64,000 nucleotides of DNA, taken from an uncultured Opitutales bacterium (GTDB taxonomy: Bacteria > Verrucomicrobiota > Verrucomicrobiia > Opitutales > T3Sed10-336). The position numbers and the translations under genes are program-made. Positions 20,201 through 29,200 of this stretch are shown here, one piece after another (the first letter of the stretch is position 1; each line of letters starts with the position of its first letter). The stretch lies in the NCBI GenBank assembly GCA_964645585.1, contig CAZYAN010000009.1, positions 18,480-82,479 of the forward strand, in the 5' to 3' direction. The notes beneath the pieces are model-generated. The model did not search any database. It had not been told where the DNA came from and saw nothing but the letters and a program-made list of their open reading frames with translations.

Positions 20201-23200
20201 CTGCGTAATCTCGATTTCAGCGACTCCATCGAATGGACGCCCGCTGCCGGCTTCGCTCATGTATTGGTTGTCCGCATTGTAAAGGCTGACCACCGGTGCC
20301 ATCGGACTGCTCTGCGGCAGGCGGACGCTCAGGAAAATCGTTTCCCCGGCCTGCACAGTTCCCAGCGAGAAATAATCCAAATCGCCCGACACCCATGCGA
20401 AGCCTCCGACGGCACCCGCCCGCCCGCCTTCAACCGGTGAAAGCGTCAATGGAGTCGCCGTCGCAATCGACTCGTTCGGCTCGAGTTCAACCTCGATGCC
20501 GCGATAAAGGGAGAGCCGGAATCGATGTTCATTATAATAACTGTACCAGGGCCAGACCCGCAGGTAATACTTCCCGGTTGCCGGGATCACCATCGGTGTC
20601 GAAAGCCCGCGGCCGTTGGACGCCGGCTGGAAGGTCCAAAGTATGCTGCCGTCTTCCCGCTCGATACGGAAGTTCATGCCCGACGATCCCGGATTTCCCG
20701 GATTCTCGGAAACCAGCACCAAAATGTCGCCTTCCTCCGCCTCGAAAGCCCAATACTCAACATCGGCGGTGTTCAGCAAAAATCCGCGCCCGGCGCCCGA
20801 GATCAATCCCGGCTGGGAACTCGTCATCGCCAAATCAGTCGCCGTCTCCCGGCTGTCATTCGGCTCCCGCTCGCTCGCGAATCCCGGGATTTGCGCAATC
20901 GCGAAATGCCGCGTATGCGCGGCTGCCAGCGGATTTCCCGCCCGATCCTTCAATCCGGTCTTTGCGGTAAACCGGTATTCGTCCGGCTGAAGATTGCCGC
21001 CGGCGACCCGCAGCGACGCCGTCAAGCCTGTCGAATAACTCGATAACGGCACCACCTCCCAAAGCACGTCGTCCTCAGTATCGAAAAGTCCGTCGGGGCC
21101 GGCGCCGCGCAATTCATAATTCGCGGAATCATTCACCGTTTCCGCCAGCATGTCCTCCGAAAAGCCAAGCGTGAACCGATCAATCAAGGCAAGCGTCGAC
21201 GCGCCTTCTTCCGGCAGTGAATTGCTTGTGATGAACGGCGCCACTTCATCAATCACATCGACATACAGCCGATAATCCGCCATCAATCCCGCTGTTCCCG
21301 AGTTGGGCCGCAGCCGAATGTAGTGAGCGCCTTCGCTTTCCACAACGTACGCGAAATCCATATCGGCCTCGTCCACGGACAACGCGGTGATCGTGCCCCC
21401 AGTCGTACCACCCGTCCAGCCCGCCGCCGCGTAGAGATCGGCGATTTCCTGGGCGGACAGAGCTCGCGGAAACAAAGCCACTTCATCAATCTGTCCAGCA
21501 AAGAAGCCGCCCACCGGCGTGCTGTGTCCGATCCCGTACGTATTCCCGCCCGTCCACGGGATTCCGATCGAAACATCCGCGCCTTCCTGTTCGCCGTTGA
21601 CGTACAAACGCATCGAACCGTTTTGCGCCGCCGTGACCGCAACAAAATACCAGGTCTCCGCTTGCGCCGTCGTTGTTCCGGTCACGGTTTTTCCGGTACC
21701 GTCGTACAGATAGTGCGCAAATTTTCCCGCGCCATCGATATGGACAACATGGCTCCAGTTGCCGTGGAAATTCGTTCCCGAAGTCCGGCTGAAAATCGTC
21801 CGGCCAGATGTCGCGGTCGGCTTCACCCACGCGGCGATGGTAAAATTGGCCAAATTGGCCCCGTCGGCGACCCTCACATACGCATCGCTTCCGTTAAAGG
21901 CAATCGACGTGTCCGCGTCTCCCGCGATCGCACCCTCTTCAAGAAACGTTGCACCGCCGCTCAAAACACCGTCTTGACTTCCGTCCGCGGTCGCGGAGTC
22001 AGCCACCGCGGTTCCCTCGCTCTCTCCAAACCGCCAGTAGCCGCGCGGCCCCAGCGTCTGCACCATCTGAAAATAGGCATCGTCGCTCGACGTCAGTACA
22101 TTCAGCGTCACCGAGGCACTGGTCCGCGATCCGACATGATTTTCAACCACCACATGGAAGGTGCCGGCATCTTCCGGCTGAACGTCCGTCAGCGAATAAG
22201 TCGCCGATGTCGCCCCGTTGATTGCCACCCCATTCCGGTACCATTGGTACGACAGGGGTTCCGCGCCGCCCGCCTCGACGGAAAACTCAACATCGCCCCC
22301 AACCAGCGCCGCCCGGCTTATCGGCTGCCGCGCAATCACCGGCCGTCCGGCAGGCGCGCTGAACCGCACATTTCCGTCCTTGTCTAAAACTTCGACCGTG
22401 CCCTCAAAGGTGCTCTCCGGCGTCTGACTCAACCTAAACCGCAACTCCGTTCCCGGCGTCACATTGCCTACCGAGAAGACGTCGCCCGAATCTCCCGCTC
22501 GCAGGTAGCCGAGCATCCGCCCTTCTTGAGCGCCCTGATTCAGCGTCAGCGGGATCGTGTTCGCCTGGCCAATATTGTCATTGCTTTCGCTTTCGACCGT
22601 CCAAGTCGACGGCGCGAGCAAAATCCGGAAGCGATATTCGCCGGTGTAGTTGTACCAATGCCTCACCTGGATCGCGTACGTACCGCTCACCGGAAGCACC
22701 CGTGACAACTGCTCCGTCCCGTAAGAACTGGTGATCGATCCCAACTCGCTTCCATCCGGGCCGATCAGAGCAAACCGCAATCCCGTGCCGGATGAGTAGG
22801 TGAGGTTCTCCGACGCCAGCAGGATCCGATCCTGCGCGTTCGCACTGAAGGTCCAGTAATCGTAGTCCGCGACGTCGCCGCTCGAAACGGCGCCTCGTCC
22901 GGCGACCGAACGGAATCCGCTGCCGACCGGATCCTCCGCCACGAAATGCCCTTCCCGACCCAGATAGATCGTCAAGGTGTTTCCGCCCGAAGCGACAACA
23001 GCCAAATCCGGCAAGCCGTCTCCGTCGAAATCGCCGGTCGTCACGGAGCGCACCGTCGATCCCGCCCCGTAAACCGCCGGCGAGTCAAACAGCCATCCGC
23101 CGCGATTTTCTCGTATGCTCAGATTGTTGCCGCGGGCAATCAGCGCGTCCGGAAAACCGTCTCCACGCAAATCCGCCAGCACGATCTCCCGATTGGAGCT

Positions 23201-26200
23201 GCTCCCGCCAACCGTGTAACTCCGAGGCTCTTCAAACGTTCCGTCGCCGTTCGATCGCAAGAGGTTGAACTGGCTGTTTGATCCGGAAATCGAGACCAGA
23301 TCGTCAAACCCGTCGCCGTCAATGTCTCCCGCCGCCACGCCGTCCGGATTCGCCAAAACCGCGTATTCGGTCCCCGCCCCGAATGTTCCATCACCAACGC
23401 CGGCATACACCGAAAGGGTGTTCAACGCATTGTTCGCCACCGCCAAATCCAAAACGCCGTCTCCATCGAAATCCCCCAGTGCCACGCCGGTCGGCCGCGA
23501 ATTCGGCTGATCGATCCCGGCCCCGGCGGCAAACGTCCCATCCCCGTTCCCCAGCAAAACGCTTACGGAATGGCCGTTGTAATTCGCTGTTACCAAATCC
23601 AAGACACCATCGCCGTTCAGATCACCCACCGCGAGGGCGCGCGGACTGGATCCAACCGGATAGGTTGCCGGCGCCGCGAGCGTGCCGTCGCCTTGGTTCA
23701 AGAGAATGCTAATCGTATTCGGTCCGTCGTTGACTACAGCCACATCCGGAAACCCGTCTTCATCGAAATCCCCGGCTTCCAAGGCCCACGGATTCGAACC
23801 GACCGGATAATCCACTCGCGCCGCGAAACTGCCGTCTCCGTTTCCGAGCAAAATGCTCACCGTATTCGCTCCCTGATGCGCGATCACCAAATCCGCCGCG
23901 CCGTCCCCATCGAAATCAGCCGTCCGCACAGAGTAGGGGCTGGAACCGACCGTGGTGGAGGAGATCTGCCGAAACGACCCATCAAAACCCGCGGCGGGTC
24001 CGCCCAGCGAAACTCCTGTTTCAAAACTGTTGTTTCCGCTCCGCTCGAGAATGAAGTTTCCAAGCGGCGCCATTGTGAATTGTCTCACGAACGGCTCAGC
24101 CAGCGGATTGCCCGCCAGGTCTTCGACCGTATCCAAGATCCTGAACCGGTAATCACCAGGCTGGAGCGGCCCGTCCGATATAAAATAAGAGGCACTCAAT
24201 CCGGCGCCGTAACTCGGGGTCGTCGTCACGGTGTACACCTCGTCATCCGCCGTCTCAAAAATTCCGTCCGCACCCGCGTTCCGCAGTTCATAACTCGCCG
24301 GGTCATTCACGAAACTCGCTTTCAAATCCTCCGAGAAATTCGCGCTGAACCGGTCGATCAAAGCGGTTGAGGTCGTCCCTTCCGCCGGAAGCGAAACGGA
24401 AACGATCTCGGGTGCCTCCAGGTCCCGCGGCACATCGATCTCGAGCTCCAGCAGATAGACCGCTGCCACCCCGCTCGATGACGAGCCCGCCCGCACCCGC
24501 GCATAATAGCGGCCTTCCTCAGCCACCGTAAAGGTCAGCTCCGTTTCCCCTTCCGTCGCCGACGCAACCGCAGTCCCGTCCTGGCGCAAAAGGTCGATGA
24601 CCGGACTCAGCGTGCTCGTCGCGGGAAGCTGGAGCGCGATCCGAATTTCCGTATCCACCGGCATGTCCGCCAGCGGCACATCGGTCCCCGGCTGCGTGTT
24701 CCGGAAATGGAAAACGTCTCCCGCGTCCCCGTGGCGGATATACCCTAAAACTTTCGCCCTCTGCAGCGCGTCAATTCGCGTGAACACCGGCTGATTCGCC
24801 TGCCCGGGATTGTTGTTGGATTCGCCTTCCGCCTGCCAATCGCCCGGGGCCAGCGTCACCCGGAAACGGTATTCTCCCGAGAAATTATAATAGTGCCGCA
24901 CCTGGATCCCATAAGTTCCCGTAACAGGCAAAATGGTGCTCAGTTGCTCCGTCCCGTTGTTACTGGTCATCGCGATCAATTCGCTGCCGTCCGGCCGCAA
25001 GACCGCGTAGCGCAACCCGGTGCTGCTGTTGTGGCCAACCGATTCCGATCCAAGCAACAGGCGTTCGCCAGCCGACGCGCTGAACGACCAGTAATCGTAA
25101 TGCTCGGTTCCCGTATCGGCGATGTTTCCGCGGCCCGCGCCGGTTCTGACACCGGTTCCCGCCGGGTCCGCCGCCAGAATCCGCGCCCCCCTTCCGAACA
25201 GCAGCGTGATCGTACTGTCTGTCGCGCTCACCGCCGCGATATCCGGCCGGCCGTCGTCATTAAAATCGCCGATCGCCGCCGAACGAACCGAGCGGTTCGC
25301 GCCGTAGCGAACGGGGGATTCAAATACCATCTCCCCCCGGTTGTAGCGGACAACCACCTCGTTTCGGCCCGAAATCACCAGATCCGGCCGCCCGTCGCCA
25401 TCCAAATCGTGAAAACGGACTTCAAAACTCGCCGAACTTCCTCCGATACTGCTGTAAGCAACCGCATCCGCGAAATTCCCGCCGCCGGTCGCGCGGAAGA
25501 CGCTGACTTCCGTTCCCGACGTGTGAACCGCCACGATATCGTCCAGCCCATCGCCGTCGAGGTCCGCGACCCCCACCCCGTTCGGACGTCCCGCGGGCGT
25601 GTACGCCGATGACTCACCGAAGGTTCCATCACCATTTCCGAGCCGGATGTATATCGCGTTGTTGTCTTCCGCGGCCACCGCGATATCAAGCTTCCCGTCT
25701 CCGTCAAAATCGCCCAGTGCGACACCCCGCAGATCCGTCCCGACACCGGTCACCGCCGCTCCCGCGATAAGGGCGCCGGTGCCGTCGCCGAGAAACAGGC
25801 TGACCGATGCGCCGCTCCGGTTCGAAACCATGACATCGAGATGGCCGTCGCCATCGAGATCGCCCACCGCCAGCGCTCCCGGATTCGAGCCGACCGGATA
25901 CGACACCGCATCCGCGAAGGTCCCGTCGCCATGACCCAGCAAAATACTGAGCGTATTCGAACCCTCGTTGACCACCGCAAGATCGAGTTCTCCGTCCCCA
26001 TTGAAATCCGCCAGTTCCAAAGCGATCGGATTGCTTCCGACCGGGTAATCGACGGGCTCCGCAAAGGTTCCATCTCCATTGCCCGCGAAAATCCGCACCG
26101 CGTCTGGACCAAAGAGCGCAACGGCCAAATCGTCAAAACCGTCCCCGTCAAAATCGGCGGCCCGAATAGAACGGGGATCGGAACCCGTCGAGATCGTCCC

Positions 26201-29200
26201 CTCCGCAAAGAACGATCCATCGAAAAGACCCGCCGGAAAGGAGCTCAAACTGGTCGCCGTTTCAAAACTGCTGTTTGGATACTGCTCCATCACGTAATCC
26301 CCAAGAGTCTCCAGCGTGAAGAATTGCACGTAATCCTCCTCGAGCGTGTTCCCCGACCGGTCAGCCACTGCCGAGAAAACCGTGAAGCGGTAATCCCCCG
26401 CCTGCAGCGGACCGTCCGTGATCCGCATCGAAAAGTTCAGGCCGGAAGCATAGGCAGGAGCAGCCGCCAGCGTGTACACCTCATCGTCCGCCGTATCGAA
26501 AAGCCCATCCGCGCCCGCCGCGCGAAGATCGTAGTTCGACATATCGTTTACCGGCACCGCCAAAAGATCCTCGCTGAAATCCACCCGAAACCGATCGATC
26601 TCCGCGGTCGAAACGCCCGTTGGCAGTGTCGTCGAAACGACCTCCGGCGGCACGACATCGGCCGGAATTTCCAGCTCCGCCTCGAGAAAATATTGCGAGG
26701 CCAAACCGGCCGTTCCGGGACTCGCCGAGACTCTGACGTAATGACGGCCGCCTTGTCCCGCCGGTACCGTGTACGTCAGCGAAGGTGCGCCCGTCTCCTC
26801 CGAAGCGACCAGATTCCCGCTTGCATTTCGGAGTTCGAGATTCACTTCCAAAGGACTCGACGACGGGCGGCTCTGCTGAATTCGGATTACCGTTCCTTCC
26901 GGCAACGGGTAGAGCGGAACGTCATCCGTAAGCGGGATTGGCAAGAACGACCAGAAATCCGCCGCGTCCCCGTGATGAATATGACCAAACGCGCTCGCCC
27001 GGTGAATTCCATCCGCCAATACAACCGCCATCGCATCCGCTTGGCCGGTGTTGTCGTTCGACTCGCTTTCCGCGATCCATGGCGCGGGAGCGAGCGTCAC
27101 CCGGAAACGATATTCCCCGGTATAGCCGTAATAGTGGCGCACCCGCACGAAATACGTCCCGGTCGCCGGCAAAACCCCCGAGGCTTGTCCGGATCCGTTG
27201 TTACTCGTCAGCGACAGAACCGAGCCGCCATCCGAGCGCAGCAGGTCATACCGAAGCCCGGTTCCGCCTCCATTCCCCACCGATTCCGACGCGAGGATGA
27301 TCCGGTCGCCTTCCTCGCCTGAAAAACTCCAGTAATCATAATCATCCGCGCTATTGCTGACGACATGACCCCGACCGCCGATAGAGCGGATGCCCGAACC
27401 GGCCGGGTCCTCCACCAGCGGATCGAGCGGCGTCGCCGTTGCCATGGAGTTGTTCCCGATCGTCTCGAATCGCAATTGCCCGAGGGTCTCGATCGTGAAA
27501 TTCCGGACAAAGGCCGGATTCAACGGATTCCCCGCCCGGTCCGTCACCGCCGTATTGATCGTCAGCCGCAACTCGCCAGGCTGAAGCGGCCCGTCCGCTA
27601 TTGTCAATTGGACGGTCGGCCCATCCACATAGGTCCCGACCGACAGCTCATGGACATGGTCATCGCCGGTACCAAAGACGTTGTCGGGTCCCGCGTGACG
27701 CAGCTCGTAATTCGCCGCGTTCGTCACCGACCCGCCATGCATATCCTCCGAATAGGTGACGGAAAACTGATAGAAGATGTCGCTGGATGCGGCTCCTTCA
27801 TCCGGCAGAGTCGTCCCGACAACTTCCGGCGAAACACCATCGGTCATTTTCACCGACACCAAGTAACGCGCGTCCATTCCCCAGACCGGATCGATCGGCG
27901 CGGCCGACTCGACCCGCAACGGCCGGGTTTCTTCTGTCCCGCCGCCGAGAACACCGTCACGCCCGTTCGGCGAGAGATCGACCACGGCCGTCCCGCTCGC
28001 TTCATTAAACTGCCAATATCCCGCAAGTCCGCTTTCGCCGCCCGACAAAAGCTGATCGAAGTCGGCCGCGATTTCCGCGTCCGAGCGCGCCACCCGCCAA
28101 ATCCTCAACTCCTCAAGATCGCCGTTGACGCTCTGGTTCGGATCGAACCTCCCGCCCACGCTGTCCTGATCCTGACCCAGCAAAAACGCGTCCGCGGCCA
28201 CCTGTAGATCATTGAGCGTCGTGGATCGCGCTCCTTGAGGCACGCCGTCAATGGCGAGCCGAACCTCCCCGGCCGTCTGGTCTCGCACAATCGAAAAGTG
28301 CCGCCACCTGCCATCGGCAATGCTCGGAATAGTCCAGCTCACCATGCTCGAGCTGCTCTCGCCGGTGTGAAACTCAAACCGGGTGCTGTTCGCGAAGAAA
28401 AGAAGGATTTCGTTGTCGTTCCCCGCGTTCGCCCCGCTCACGATCGACTGCGCTCCGGTCTTCGTCGTCCGGAACCAAAACTCCACGGTCAAATCCGTCG
28501 CGCCGTTGACCGTCTCCGTCGGAAGAAAAACGATATCGTCATTCCCATCAAACCGAAGCGCGCCGCCGCCAACCCGCCGCGGCGAAACGCGGACGAAATA
28601 CGAATCCGTCTCCGGAATAGCATAATGCAGCAGTTCTCCGTCGACGCTTGCCAGCGCCTCCTCGGAACCGGCCCGAAAAACCGCGATATTCGCCTCTCCG
28701 GCCGCTAAACTCCCCATATCACGGGAGAGTGCGACCTGGATCTCATTTCCCGCATTCGCTCCGCCGATCCGGTACCAGTCCGACATGTCGTTGCGGGGCA
28801 GCAACCCGCCGGCGCGCAGCGTATACTCGCCAGCACCCGGATAGCTGATCAGTGAGGATGCCGTCGCCGCCGAATCATTCGGTTCAAACTCCAGATCCAG
28901 CGACCGGCCTAAATCAAAACGGATCTGAAACGGGGAAACGGCATGATCGGTAAAGGCCCGCACCCGGTACGTTCCAGGGGACGAAAAAACATGCCGTTGC
29001 AAAAGCGCCACACCGTCGGTCCCGCCATTGACACTTCCGACTTCCTGACCCGACGCGTTCAGCAACCGGAGTTTCGGACGCGAAGCACCGTTCTCCGCCT
29101 CCACGCGAACCGTCAGCAAGTCGCCGGTTTCCGCGTCCAGCGCCCATTCACTCACCTGACCGGTCGCCGCGAATTCACCGTCGGCAAGAAAACTGAAGTA

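Noticed and set aside
20000-28000. Periodic repeats that might suggest a CRISPR array or tandem satellite.
   Set aside because: The periodicity is ~2.24 kb and lies inside one continuous ORF, as protein-domain super-repeats. No short direct repeats with unique spacers were seen anywhere in the window.
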